Positions 48,374-62,900 of a DNA stretch of 64,000 nt are shown here, piece after piece. Position 1 is the first letter of the stretch. The number at the start of each line of letters is the position of its first letter. The notes under the pieces are model-generated. The model saw only the letters and a list, made by a program, of their open reading frames with translations, was not told the origin of the DNA and did no database searches. This DNA is from Leptogorgia sarmentosa (lineage: Eukaryota), in the NCBI GenBank assembly GCA_964658305.1, contig OZ210885.1, forward strand, positions 4,340,001 through 4,404,000, read 5' to 3'. The translations under genes and the position numbers were made by a program.

Positions 48374-49959
48374 TTATTATTTGATATTGTAACTCATAAT
48401 GCTTTGGCAATTTCGTTGCACAGTTGTGTTTAGAACACAATTATCTGCATTCTGCAGTGTATTTTAGTTTGTTGTTTTGCCCGAAACCCTACTAATGACG
48501 TCACAAAATGTATTCATGAATAAATTAGCATACAGGGAATGGCGGACAAGCGTCAAACATTTTTACAATTTATTGTACGCATCATTTTGAAATCTCTGGG
48601 CGTGTTAATTAAGACAGGAAATTTATAATTCTTAAGCACAATCTGTAATTTTTTGTCCTCATACTTACATACAAGACAGAGACTCAGAAACGATAGATAT
48701 GAGACATTTTTATTGAAAAATATTAAAAATTTAAATGATTTCTTAAAAATAAAAAACTGAAATATGGTGAACTGCTGCTTTTATTACAAAATGTATCCTC
48801 TACCAATTTCTTTAGTAAATATTTTTAGACTTTTAATTTAATAATTATATATGTTCATGAGTGTATTTCGTGAAGACAAGAAAGAAATACCAGTGTTCAT
48901 TTTCCCGTGTCTCCTGTATTTCAGTAGTGTTATTATTTTATAAGGATTCAATGAATTTCCCAAGTTGTTTGAGGGTGTATGTAAGGCTGAAACCTTTTGT
49001 CAGTATGAAAAGGAGTTTCAAAGTGGAGAACATGTGCGATGGGTAGGGTGCAATCAATGTATAATTTGGATGAGATATTAAGTCGGTAAGTTTGAAGAGA
49101 AAAAGTCAATGCATGCTACTATTTAATAAACATATCATCAAATCTAACTGTCTGTTTTATAGTTTTTAATGTAGCCTGGTTAACTTAAGTTTGGATGCCT
49201 TCGAAAATTGTTGCAAAGAATATAGCTTACAGGTAACTTTACTTCATGCACATATTGCATTTGGTATGTCACTGCAGCACTTTCCCATTATACTGTATAT
49301 TTCAATGTCTCGTATCATGTTCGTGAAATAAGAGATTGTTTATTCCTGTAAGCCACCGACCCGAAATATGTTTTAGACCATGATGTACAGTGCCCAAGGA
49401 CTCTTTGGAGCTAGACTTGTGTTTGGTAAGAACTAGCACATTAACTTGCAATGGCAAACCCATAATTTGTTGGCATTCAGCAGTGTTACAAAATACAGCA
49501 CACAATATTGTAACGAATCGTATATTGCAATTGTACAGGAAGCTACTTGCTTTCCATTCAGGTTATAGCATCTTACAGACACAGAAGCACAGCAGAATAT
49601 ATGAATGTCATCGTTATGCTCTGAAGGTGTTCATTTTGTTTCCCTCATGCATGCTGATGCAAAAGGTACAATGTTTGCCCTCCAGTGGCTTTTGTAAAGA
49701 AACTTGAGCCGAAGATAACAGAAACCTCCATAGAAACCACCAGTGAGAAAATCTCCCAACCACTACATCTGTGGCAACTAAACGATCAAGCAAAAGGGAG
49801 CAGCTTTTAATTGGAATTTTGGCAGCAAAAATACCTAAGACAGTACCAGCACCACCATCATCTTCAAAAGCACCTCCATCTTCAACAGCAGCTTCAAAGT
49901 CCACAACAGATGATGACAGCAAGGGTGAATGCAGCACATCCAGTTCTTCCCAACCTACC

Positions 49960-51120
49960 ATTTTTAAAGGTGACGTAGGGACACTTGCTTTCCCATGTCA
50001 AAACCCTTAGTGACGAAGAAAATATTGGTTGCAGGTAAACCCCGATAATTTCCGACCATGCTCAGATTTTTGTTATCCTGCTAATGCGCGTAAAAGAAGA
50101 TTTCAGCATAAATGGTACAAAACATTTCCCTGGCTTGCCAACTCCAAATGTTTAGACGGAGCTTTCTGCCTTACCTGCATTTTATTTGCTGCCGAGGAGA
50201 ACACACATAATTCCAAAAAGTTAGATCTACTCTACACTTCACCCTTCCAGTGCTGGGGGAATGTGCTAAAAGATTTTCGTAACCATATGGAGAAATCGCC
50301 AATCCACCACACAGCAAGCTTGAGAGCATCATTGTTCTGCCAGCTCATGGAAAACAAGACAAAATCTCTTGATGCCCAACTTAATGAAATTGTTGACAAA
50401 GCAAAATTCGCAAGTTACAAAACCTGCTTTTGAACATGCCCTATTGTCGTGGACAGGGATATGATGGTGCGGCATATGGCTGGCAAATGCTCGGGATCTG
50501 CAAAACGAATTACAGATAAGTACCCCCCAAGGCTCCATATGTACAATGTGGGTCTCATGCGCTAAACCTTTCTGTTGCCTCGGCTTGCAATATTCAAGTT
50601 GTTCCTAACATGATGGGACACGTTAAAGCTGTGTCTGATTTTTTCAACGTAAGTCCAAAGAGATTCTCCCAATTGACCAAAAAAATACAAGAATTTAATG
50701 CAAGTGCTCGTCATAATGACCTTATTGATGTTTGTTCAACGAGGTGCGTGGCTAGGATTGATGGACTCAATGTCTTTGCAGAAGTTGTATTGCCTGTCGT
50801 GGATTCTCTTGAAACAATAAAAGATAACGTTGGACTCGGTCCATGATGCAAGTTGACTCTTCTACACGACTATCTCCTTTCAATTTATATTTTGCCTAGT
50901 TACTGTCTCTCGCTGTGTAGAAGTTACACGACCTCTCACCAAGCAATTTCAGTCTACGACGATGGATGTAGTTCCAGCAAATGAAAAAATCACACTCCTC
51001 AATGCGACTTTGAGGCAGATGAGATTGGAAATATCTGAGTTGCATTTCCAGTGGTACAGTGAAGCCGAGGATTGGCAGAAACATTAAAGCGATGACGATA
51101 CGCCAGAACATAGAGAATGG
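49960..51120 (+). pseudogene. hAT transposase remnant (THAP12/ZMYM1-like), internally deleted
   Basis: TTF-type Zn finger RRFQHKW...FPWL..S..LDGAFC..C.LF, then CRGQGYDGA, CGSHALNL and LIDVCSTR. Confidence 0.8.
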
Positions 51121-51610
51121 AAGGCAGAACACAAAGATAAATGCAAAGCTAATTATAGTGGATCAGCACTTGCCATGGAACCTGAAGGAGATAAACGAAT
51201 ATTCGGCCGCTCAATAAGCAGATATTGTCTTCGGTATAATGAATTTTATGGAGATGAGGAAAGTAAAAGTTTTGCAGCTGTGGAACATGTTTATGAGAAA
51301 GATCATGGTGTTGTTATTCAGAAGAAAGAATGCGTCGGTCATGTGCACAAACAACTTGGAATGGCACTCGTAAATTGGAGGAGACAAAAGGGGCTTAGTG
51401 GAGAAGGGAAACTGACAGACAACATGATCGACAAACTCCAGAACTATTATGGGATTGCCATAAGGAGTAACAGTGGGAATTTCAAGGCAATGGAAAGTGA
51501 TGTTGTTGCAAGATTATGGCACTGTGCATCAATGATAAAAAGCCATTACATACACATTGTCCTAGAGGGAAGGATAGCTAGTGTGGCTACAAGCATGATA
51601 AGGCAAATGG
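51120..51610 (+). pseudogene. Kolobok/Mutator-like transposase fragment
   Basis: MEPEG..RIF.RS, YGDEESKSF, KKECVGHV.K.LG, GKLTD..IDKLQNYYGIAIR. Confidence 0.75.
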
Positions 51611-51989
51611 AACAAGCACAACAATTTCATCATTGGATATATAATTTCTATAAATATTTTAATTAAATTTAACGGTTTTGTTTATAATTTAGGTTTCGTT
51701 ATGAAACAAATTATCATCTTTCCATCATCAAGAAATTTTTCTTGAGGTTTAGCTTATTGCTGAACATATTAGCCTTAACTTAAACCTATTTTCATATTTT
51801 TCTATCTTTTATTTCTGTGGCAATTTTGCCCCCAAAAAAGCACTTTTTTAGGTTATCGAAGGGCATGTCTCAGTAACCATGGCAACAACACATAGAAACC
51901 TTTGTTCATGGCATCAAGGAGTGATACTTTCATTCCCAGCAAAAATATTTCTGAAAAAACAAAAACCAGAAAAAAACTAAAATGATGTA

Positions 51990-52540
51990 CAAGACCACCT
52001 TAAATGAACAAACTTTGTCTCTTGAAGATTGTAGAGGGCAAGGCTATGATGGAGCTGGTTCTGTTGCGGGACATATAAATGGTTTGTCTGCACAAAAATT
52101 AAGGTTAAATAAGAAAGCACTTTATAACCATTGTTACAGCCACAGACTTAATTTAGCTGTGTGTGATTCTATTGGTATACCTCAAGTAACAAAGCAACAT
52201 TAGTTATTACCAGACATCTTTTAAATTCCACTCTTTCAGTAACCCAGCTGATGCAAGGTAAATCTATTGACATAATGGATGGAATACATCTTATTACTAC
52301 TCTAAAGAACTCTGGTGAAGATGAGAAACTCAGCTGATCAGACACATTGATGCTTGGTATGATTACAACTGGCAAATGTTGAAGTTGGTGTTAAAGAGTC
52401 AAAACCTTATCCCACCCCACCCCAAGGAACAAACCCTCCAAAACTGTTTAGGATTATTACAAAATTTATGTTAACAATTCCATTACTTAACCATCTCCAA
52501 TCTTCTTTAGATACAAGATTCAATCTTGAGAATATTAAGT
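51990..52540 (+). pseudogene. hAT transposase fragment
   Basis: CRGQGYDGAGSVAG and HCYSHRLNL, with degraded downstream sequence. Confidence 0.75.
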
Positions 52541-52675
52541 AAAAGAGCGTGAATATGGTAGTTATACGGTCCGCTCAAATGCGAGCAAGGCGTTGACGAA
52601 CGTTTTCACATAAACCTCTGCAATAGCAATATCAGTGACATGGATGGTAAAAATATTTGATATTTTCTAATCATG

Positions 52676-53109
52676 CAGACCTCTCAACTTGAGATCAGAC
52701 TCTGTATTGAGATTAGCGGCAAAGTTTCAAGTAACTTGATGCCCCCCCCCCCACCTAATCTCAATGTTTCAATTCAAATATATTGATATACTCCGGGAAA
52801 GTTTTGTAATACCAAAATGTTTCAAGTTTTAAGCATTATATAGTCTGTTTACATGTTATGAAACAACGCCTTCGGACGCCAATTTGAAATTCAAAGTTTG
52901 TACTTCCCAGTTTGATAGCAACAAAGGAACGCACTTTTGTGCGAATCGCGATCCCTGGATAAATTGCTGAACATTAGACCTCTTCAATGCGTTAGACCAT
53001 GAGTACCTATAGACTATAGTTGTGTGAAAACAATGCCTTGGCGTGAGATCGTGAGATAAGGCTTAAAATCGTGTGTCACACGACGAAATCGTGTGAGTTG
53101 ACATGTCTG
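52676..53109. mobile_element. 434-bp non-autonomous hAT-like insertion with a 6-bp TSD (ATCATG)
   Basis: TIRs CAGACCTCTCAACT / AGTTGACATGTCTG, with ATCATG on both sides. An empty-site paralog lies at about 40088-40177. Confidence 0.8.
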
Positions 53110-53559
53110 ATCATGTAACTTGCTGTCTTCACCCCTGCATCATGTGAACATAATGATGCACAATTCACATTATCCAGTAGCCTTCCATTTAGGAAAACAT
53201 TTGGTAGTCGATCTATTTTCTTACTCAAATGATTTCCAGTAATTGTCATTACTTTAGTTTTATCCTTGTTTAGTGGTAGTTTCTTCATTAGTGCCCACAT
53301 TCCAATAAAAAAATGCATTCCCTTTTCAGGTACTTGCGCTGCTCCACATGCTGTTAATGTTGTCATTAATGTTTAATGTTGTTGTAATTTAATGTTGTCG
53401 TAACGAAGGGAAGAATTCAAGTACAAGGTCGTCTTATGAAGTTGAAACAACTGTGCCAACCAGTTCAGGTTTGGCTCCAACAAAAGTCTCTAGTAGCAAA
53501 ATCTCCATGCCTGATAAGAATGTGAAAGACACCAGTGATTAACCAGTTAAACCACCTAT

Positions 53560-54900
53560 TAATCATAACTATGATATAGCCTTTTATGGGGAATTGGTTA
53601 AAGGTATGGATGATTTGGAAATTTGTAAAATTATAAAGAATGTATTTAAGCAAGATGAGAGTTATGTTTTCCCTAAGACCAATGGTAGAAGCTTTAGATG
53701 TCAGTTGTTAAAAATTCATAGTTAGCCTTGTTATTCACCATCAAAAGATGGTGCATTTTGTTTGTCATGTGTTCTTTTTGGGCATTGCTTTCCTGACAAA
53801 GCACACAAAATAAGTAGACTTTTTTCACAGCCATTTTCTTACTGGACTAATGCTACCAATATTTTGCATTCATGTACTTTCCCCCTTTTGACATCATTAC
53901 TTGCTATGATGTCTGGAGCCACTGTCTCCAATATAGGAATCATGATCGATGAAAACCTTCAAAAGCAGGTTGAGGAAAACAGAAAAAACTTACTCCAATT
54001 GTTGACACAATAATTTATTGTAGTCGTTCTGGTTTGCCTTTGCGTGGTCATTGTGACGATTCCAAATATCATCACCCAGAGGTCGGGGGTTACTCTAACG
54101 GGGGTGTTGGAAATTTCATTGAAGCCCTTAATTTCAGAGTTCAAGGAGGAGACAAAGTTTTAGAAGACCACTTGAGGACTTGTAAGAAAAATAGATCATA
54201 TATTTCCAAGACAAGCCAAAATAAATTAATTATTTGTTGTGGTGATGTTATTACTGATAAGCTTGTTAATGAGGTTAAGGAAAGTACGTTTTACACGATT
54301 CGAGCAGATAAACCTGCTGATTCATCACACAAAGAACAGATGTCACTTGTCTTGCGTTTTGTTGATTCTGAAATGAATGTCAGGAGTTTATTTCATTTTT
54401 GCAATGTAAATGAGGTTTAAGTGGGGCTGACCTTGCAAAGCTTATTTTAGAAGCACTTGATAATTTAGCACTGCTTATTGAAAATTGCATGGGACAGGGG
54501 TATGATGGTGCTGGCCATATAAATGGTTTAACATATATTAAGACTCAATCCCAAAGCACTTTATACTCATTGTTTTAGTCATAGGTTGAATTTGTCTGTA
54601 TGTGATTCTTTGGGGGTAGTTGAGATAAAGAACTTGCTTAAGCACGTAAATGAAGTTTCTAATTTTAATAGAATTTCTTAGACCCGTAGCATGCCTTTTG
54701 AACAGAATATCAAAGAACATAATAGATGTTTGCAGGACCAGATGGGTTGAAGGTTTGAACACCTTTCAGGAGCTTTTTGTACCACTGTATCACACTCTTG
54801 TTGACATGGTTAATAAACGGGAGATGGATTCAACCCTTCCCTTTCTAGTGATGCTCTTACTCATTTACACCGTATAGCTAAGTTTGATTTTATTGTAGAT
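53560..54900 (+). pseudogene. hAT transposase pseudogene (THAP12-like)
   Basis: DGAFCLSCVLF, LRGH.DD, GNF..L.FR..GD..L..HL, SKTSQN, AD..D.SHKEQMSLVLRFVD, GQGYDGA, HCFSHRLNL, DVCRTRWV. Many stops and frameshifts. Confidence 0.85.
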
Positions 54901-56656
54901 AGATAGATAGTTTATTAAAGATTACATTGCAGCTATAAGCTGAATTAAGTAAAATTTACAGTGTCTGTGGTTCATAAATTTAAAACATGAATTTCTATTA
55001 TAGATTTCTACTATGCATTATATGTAAAATTACTTGTAAAATGGTTCATTGATTAAAACAGGTCCGTATTTATTGATAATTTGCTATTATTTATTATTGA
55101 TTTATTATGCTTTGATTGAACTGCTGATGATAAAACTATTTCTGTAATGGTTCGTGTTTACTCTTGGGGTAATGAATTTCGACTTTTTCTGCAAGTTAAG
55201 CGAGATAATGCTTCAGAAAGCAATATCAACATAGAAACGTTGCCATCCACAGCAGATGCCCAATCAGGATCTCATGGCAGAATTATGAACAAAGGAATAC
55301 TGAAAATAAAATCGTTCGAGGCCCAAAAGGCCAACAAGATTTGGAAACAATTTAACCACGGAGTTTCTGCCTTGGTTAATGAAAAAATAGGTACACAAAG
55401 TGTACATGTATCTGCACCTATGTAGCTTGATGATCAAGTCATTATTTGTTTTCAGATTTTCGATACACGCATCTTATCTGTCCCTAATACGCGATCTTGC
55501 ATGTATAAAATGGTTTACTGCTAGGGAATAGGCGAATAGCGCAATACTAATTCCTTTGAAGACGTGAGGTTGTGCGGAGACGTATTCAATACTTGATATA
55601 AGCTTTCATGACTATCTCGCATTCCGGAATTCCCGCGATCATATATCAAATTGCATAAGGAATTGAAACTTGACGACATATGATATCGCATTTTATGTTA
55701 TTGCGTCTTTAAAATAGACACAGCGCTTTGCGATTGTTTGTGAAAAATGTTGCTCTCTAAAAACCAAATTTACCCATTTCAATACCGTATCATAATAATA
55801 TATTTATATACAATATATTCCGTCCATTCATGCGCATTTGCGTAGACGCTAAAGTGTATGTATGATCGGTATGCGCATTGCGCATAGGTTCAAAACAGAA
55901 TACTTGAAACTATATATGATTTCGTTTGTTTTGTCTCGCGCTTAATAAACGAACAAACCCGTTTTATTACAAGCTACGAAATCTATTTTCCTGGGATTGA
56001 ATGTTTCAACCATTCCGTATGGCGAAGCGTCAAAATATAGTAGATATTCCGTGATCACAATGACACCGCGGGCAGTCCAAACATGTACAGTGTGTGAGTG
56101 CGACAGTTCCGACACGCTAAAGTATCGTAGGGAAAATATACGCGCAATTGTGTCAAGTCATTAAACTCTTTCATAACCTTAAATATTTGCTGTGTTCAAT
56201 TGTATAAATTGCGTCATGATATTTTTGCTTTGATGATCTAAATTGCATAGCGAACGCGAACCTCTTTAATTAATATCTTTAAAAGCAATGCCAATGTTTG
56301 CAATTTGCGTCATGATATTTTTGCGTATAAATTGCCTTAGTATAAATAGTGTTCTAAGCGGCGCAAACGCTCATAAATTAACCTCTATTTCAGTGAAGGC
56401 ACTCGTCGCTGCGAACATTATATTTCTTTTTATCTGGATGTTCATGCGAAACAAAATCCACGATCAAACAGACAAACACATCACCATTCTTTAGCTCGCA
56501 CCTATATCAGCCGCCATTTTGTAATATTTAGCCCGCAAGAACTCCACGTTGGTTCCCTTAAATTTGCGGGTGGGCTCAGTGAGAATTACGTCATCTCAAT
56601 GTTACGTTGTCGCCTATTGGCTAAATTTAACTTACGAATTCGCTGATTGGCTGCAA

Positions 56657-56690
56657 GCTAACAGTTAACAGCTAACAGCTAACAGCTAAC
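56657..56690. repeat. 7-bp microsatellite (GCTAACA), about 5 units
   Basis: gctaacagttaacagctaacagctaacagctaac. Confidence 0.8.
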
Positions 56691-56916
56691 AACACGATAG
56701 CAATATATCTGCGTCACTACGTCACGCAGATACAAAAATTGATGAGTTTCAGGGGTCAAGCTCCCTGCCCAAAAATTTTCGAACATCACGTGAGCAGGTG
56801 TTCCATAACAATCTAGTTGTTATGTCAATTGCATGAGATGACACACTAAAACCTTTTTTTAGTATAAGACGTTATAAGTTTTAGTCATTGCCAGACATGT
56901 TCTTGATATAACTTTA

Positions 56917-59900
56917 TAGTCAGGGAGCAAATGTCATAAAATAAAGTCCCGTGGGAAATTTGTGCTTAAAGCAAGCCACTGGTCTAGATATGTCGAGCAG
57001 ACATTACTGAACATGAAAAAAGTTGTCGGCAACTTTGTAGGCCGCACCGACACAATTTAGGGGGGTTTAAATAACACCACATGAAATATCAGCATGGAAA
57101 CGAGGCTGGATCTTGAGCTCACTTTATTGCCCTTTTTACTTACATATTGTATTGCAAAATAGCATAAATGTCATCTGTTTAGTAATAATTATGATTATTT
57201 CACAAATATGTAGCAGAATCACGTGATCATGTGACATATAACACATGAAAACGAGGCCAATGTATTATAAGCCCTTTTCTAAATCTTTTTTCTAAATCCT
57301 TTTTTTATATATCACATAATAAGTGAGTGATCAACTTTATTTTTCATTCAAGTACTAAAACTGATAAATGATTTAATAATTAGTGATAATCGAATAAAAA
57401 TCTCTTAGTTACCACTGTTTTTTTGTGACTATATTTCGTCTTTTTTTATATTTTTTCCATATTTCGTTCTTTTGTGTATGTATGTAAGAAATGTTGTATA
57501 TGTTGTATATATATATATTACCTATTCAATTAAAACATGATTAAAAAAAGAATACAAATCTTTAAGCTTCAAAGCGAGGCTATTATGGTCAGCAGTCTCT
57601 ATGAGCAAAATACACGTCCGCCATTTTGACTTGCAGTTGGAATAGAGAAGTTTGACGTTCTTTCTTTTCAAGTTTTCTGATGAATAATGAACCTGATCCT
57701 CACCCTAATATAGAGCAAAAGGCAGATCTAAACTTATGTATAATATGTCAGGAAAAAAATGATGAAATACTTGTTGAAAAGCCAACTTCACATGAAAAAA
57801 CTTTGGAGTCAATAAAGGAGTGGTCAACGTATGGTGAAATAAAGTATGTAAGAAGTCTTAACAAGCTATCCTTCTACTCTCTAAACGATTTAAAGGAAAA
57901 GTCATCATGGCACAGAAGTTGCTACAAGAATACCGTTCATTCAGGTATGTTAAAAAGGGCAAAAGAGCGTTACGAAAGACAATTAGAAGGCCCTAATGAG
58001 ACGAGAAGAAAGAAATCATCTCTAGCAGAAAAAGAAAGTCAACAAGTTAGACGCTCAAGTACCATCCCATATAATAAAGAAGTTTGCTTCTTTTGCGAAG
58101 GTAAATATTATAAAGCGTTGAATGCAATCAATAATGATTGATTTTATTGAAGGAATAAATTGTAATAATGTCAATATAATGTTAAATTTTGCTGTTATTA
58201 TTATATAAGGTCATGCTGGGTATAGACAAAGCCTCCATAATGTGCTAACGTCTTCAGCTGGCGAGTCTCTTCGTGCAGCTATTGACATTTCTTCAAACGC
58301 AAAACTTCGTGTAAAACTAAGCTCAGCAATCAACCCCAGTGATGCTCGTGCAATCGACATAAAGTATCATAGCAAGTGTTGGGCTAATCATGTTACAAGT
58401 GTGCTTCGTAAAGGGAAATGTCAAACAGAGACATCATCTGTCAACCAAGAAGTCAACCAAATCGCAAGTAAAGCTGCATCTGAGATAGAATTTCTAGCCA
58501 TGGTGGAAACAGACTTAAGAAATGGGACAATTCTAACAATGTCCATACTTAAGGAAGCATATGAAAGTATTTTAGAGGAAAATGGTTTTGAAAACCCAAA
58601 GTGCACAAGGAAGATAATAAAGCAACTCATACAGGACAAGATAGAAGGAGTTGAATTCCATAGACCAAAGAGAGTTAATGAATCCGAAAGAGTCACCATC
58701 AAGAGTACACGTGATGTTGCCATTCAGCAGTCAGAGGAAAATGCTGACGACGCTGACCAAGAAATGAGAATTCTATTTGACGCTGCAAAATTCCTTAGAA
58801 AGTCCATAAACAAATGCAAGAAATGGGTTTTCGCTGGATCGTTTCACGATTTGAACAGCAACCATTTGCCACAGGAACTTTTATCATTCTGTAGATGGCT
58901 AATATACGGTCCCAAAACTGACATCAAGGATGAATGCAAGATTAGCGAAATCCACAAGCGATCAATGAGCTTGGCGCAAACTGCTGTAAGCATGTGCCTG
59001 ACTGACCGTCAGAAAAACAACACCAAGTCTAAAGAAATCAAGTCCACAAGGGATATGCCTCAACAATTGGCTGTTGGCTTAGCATTGCGACAATCTATCA
59101 GAAGTAAAGAGATAGTGAATATGCTCCATGGTTTTGGAATGAGTGTCGAGTACAACAGGCTACTCAGAATTGAAGCACAGATAGAGCAAAGTGTTCTTGA
59201 GCGTATGGATAAGCATGGTGGAGTTTTCTTTCCTGACAACTTTGTGAAAAACAGACATGTGTTTTTTGCAATCGACAATGTTGATTTTGCAGAGGATACC
59301 TATGATGGAAAGCACACACTGCATGGTACAGCAATGGCTGTCTACCAGAAGACAGATCAAAATGACACAGCACCACAGATAAGGTCAGCTAACAATTTGA
59401 TATAATCTACATTGATCTCTTTTTTTTTACTTTTTTTACTATTTATTTTAGATTGAATAATAAACCAAGTCATGAACGCACATTGCATAATATTCCTGAA
59501 TCAATGCCTGAGCTTTTAGAATGTTACGAACCTCCAAAGACACCAACAAATCCAGTCTACCCCCACTTCAAGCTGTACGATGAGGATGAACTACCCATCG
59601 TTGTAAGACAACAAGAGTTCGCTTGGATTCTTGGACGTTGTGCACCATCCAGCCTTTCTTCTCAAACGAATCAAGAATCTCAAGAGTTGAATAATAAAGT
59701 TCCTGTTTGGTCTGCATACAACTCCCTCATACATGATCCTCTACATACTACAAGAAGTGCAACTCCACCTTTGATTGGATTCCCCGCACATGAATGGAGT
59801 ACACTCTTAACTGTACTAAAGCAGGCACAAGACATCAGTACAATAGTGGTTGGTGCAGATAGAAAGACCGTGGTGACACTTGATTTGGGACTTTACCAAC

Positions 59901-62900
59901 CAGCAAAAAAACTTCAGATGGCACGAAATGATATGGATCATTTAATACTTCGCCCAGGTACGATGATAATTAGTACGGTACGTTTAATTTACTTGTTTTG
60001 AATTAAACCTGATGTTGTGATTATATTAATAAATTTAGGTGAACTTCACATTGTGATGGCACAGTTAAGAACCATTGGTCGTTACATTGACAGCAGTGGT
60101 GTGGATATGTGCTGGGTGGAATCAGATATATACGGCCCCTCCACAGTGAAGCAAATACTAGATGGCAAGCATGTGCGAAGAGGGCAGACAGCACATCTTA
60201 TTTCACTTCAAGCACTTCAGCTGTTATATCAAGAGGCTTTTTGTCAGTTTGACCCAGAGTGTTCTGACAAAATATCAAAAGCAGCAAAGGAACTTGATGA
60301 GGCATGTAGTCAAGGAAGGAAAGAAGACATCACCAATAAGAACACTAGAATGCTAGACACTATCAGCTCTCTAAACGTCCTTGAGAAGATGGCAAATTTC
60401 AACAAGTCAAAAGAAAACATCCCCATTTTCACTGTGATCCTTCAGTACATGCGGATGGTAACAGAAATGCTGACCTTCATCAGAGCTGTTAGGACAGGTG
60501 ACTGGGATCTTCATCTTCAAGCGCTGGCCAAGTTCTCAAGATACTTCTTCGTTCATGATATGTTAAATTATGCACGCATGATTCCTTTATATTTAGCTGA
60601 AATGGAATCCCTAAATAAGTCTGATCCAGATATTGTCCAAGAGTTTCAACAAGGGAATTGGGTGGTCAACAAGAACAGCGATACATCATTCTGTGCTTTG
60701 GGTGCCGACCACGCTCTAGAACACATCAACCGCTCAATGAAAGTTTCTGGAGGCCTCATAGGTATTACTCTCAACCCCATTGCACGAAACAAGTTCTTCC
60801 TAATTGCACCTGAACTCGCAAGATTAGCTGAAGAGGCCAAGAATATGTCTGGGCTGTCAAAACAGAAGAAGAAAAAGGAACATCACAATCTTAGCAGCAC
60901 TGTATTAGAACGAGAAGAAAGACACATCAAGAAGTTGAAAGAGACAATCGAACGGTTTACAAATCCATTCACAGAGCCAAGTAGTGATCTGTTCAACTTA
61001 GTCACGAAAGTTGTTGTCAGTGATAAAATCAAGGATGATCTATGCAGTCAAAGTGAAACAGGAAGAAAGCTTGCCCAAACCTTTGTAGATGAACGGATAA
61101 AATCCAATAAAGTGAATCTATGGGCGAAAATGAAGAAGACCAAACTTCTAACATGGAGAAGCAATGGCAAGAAAGTCAAAGTCCCCCTCAAAGACAAAGT
61201 AATAGAGCTGACAGAAGACCGAAACTTGTTTGCAAGGCTGATGATGGTCGCGAAAAGTCGTCGTGAAATTGACATCAAAGAGGCTATCAAGCAGTATGAA
61301 TTCTCAGTGGTCCCCAGATCTTTGTTCGCTAGTGATGGCACAATGCTTCATTGCTCGATGAAAAGTGCACTGCTGGCTATTCTGGAGAAGAGCGTTTTAC
61401 CTGATGCTTCAGCAAATAACAACAAAATTACCCCCTCATCACTACCAGAAATGACAGTTTCAGTCGTCGATGGAATGGCAGAGCTTCAATCTCTGGATAA
61501 GCCCAAGTGGGTGAACAACTGTGAGCAACTCGCCAATCACTTCAATGACTGTCTCTTTCACAAGTACCGCGGAAGTGATGAAGTTCGGTTGGTTTTCGAT
61601 AGATACGACGTGCCTGCATCATTGAAAACTTCGACCAGAACTCTAAGGCAAGGATCCAACGAGTGTATCTATTACCGTATCACAGACACGACACAGATCA
61701 CCAAAGTCAACATGAAGCGGCTCCTTAGTCACACCAAAACAAAGATGGAGCTAACTGTCTATCTCGCTCAAAAGTCAATGGAGTATGCCCAACAAAATGG
61801 CAGACGATTTGTTGTGGCGTGGGCTTGTGATTGTAAGGCTACGCATCAAGATACAGTCCATTTGCAAAGTGATCAAGAAGAAGCGGACACCAAATTAATT
61901 CTCCACGCTATTGATGCCACTGCAAATGGTGCCACTACAATCGAGGTTCATTCACCAGATACAGATGTTTTTGTTCTATCATTAAGACGCTATCCAGAGC
62001 TTTGCCAAAACACCTTCTTTGTGACTGGAACAAGTCAAAGACGTCGAAGGATAAGCCTAGCACCAATTTACCAGTCTCTTGGTGAAGCTAAAGCATCTGC
62101 TCTTCCTGGTCTACATGCAATGAGTGGAGCAGATAATACTGGAAGCTTTTCTGGAAAAGGAAAGTTGGCAAATTGGAAAGTCTTCAACAAAGGTGACCAG
62201 GATATTCTGGCTGCATTCACAAATCTTGGAGTAAGAGAGCAGCCTGACCAAGCCACAACTGATGGAATTGAAAAGTTTGTCTGCCAGCTATACCAGCCAT
62301 CTACTAACATTTGCGAGGTTAATGAGTTGAGGTGGTCCTTGTTCAAGAAGAAGCAGGCGCAATCAGAGAGACTTCCACCAACTCGAGGTGCTTTACGCCA
62401 AGCCATTCTCCGTGCTCATTATCAATGCATGATTTGGAACAGTGATACAATTGCCAACCCAAGTATACCATCACCAGAAAACTATGGCTGGAAGAAAGAC
62501 AACGATGAATGGCTGCCTGTTATGACTACTATTCCACCAGCTCCCGAGGCAATAATCGAGATGGTGAAATGTGGCTGTGAAAAACAAAGATGCTCAACCA
62601 ATCGATGCCAGTGTCGAAAAGCAGGGCTACGATGCACTGAGCTTTGCACTTGTTCCAACGATGATGACAACTGTGAAAATTCTTCACATGAAGATGACTG
62701 TAACAACGATGATGATGATGGCTGTACTGATGAAAGTGATGACAGCTACGATGATACAAGTGATGACGACGGTAATATCTAAGCCTTTGAACTTTTAAGT
62801 AAAATAAAGTGTACATTACTACTTAATTGTCATGAGATGATATTTGTAAGTTCTATCAAAGTAATTTGAAACTGTAAAATATGACGTTTTTATGTCTTTG

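Larger units (their letters stand above)
43927..48600 (-). mobile_element. Kolobok DNA transposon with two convergent genes; one end truncated
   Basis: Starts TTAA|AGGG at 43923-43930. Subterminal inverted blocks GTCCGCCATT and GACGTCATTAGTAGGGT (44065-44127) match 48486-48547. The matching outer terminus was not found. Confidence 0.8.

Noticed and set aside
55450..56650. TGCG/CGCA-rich region as a possible ncRNA or Helitron
   Set aside because: No diagnostic termini, tRNA/rRNA motifs or convincing structure could be supported by eye.
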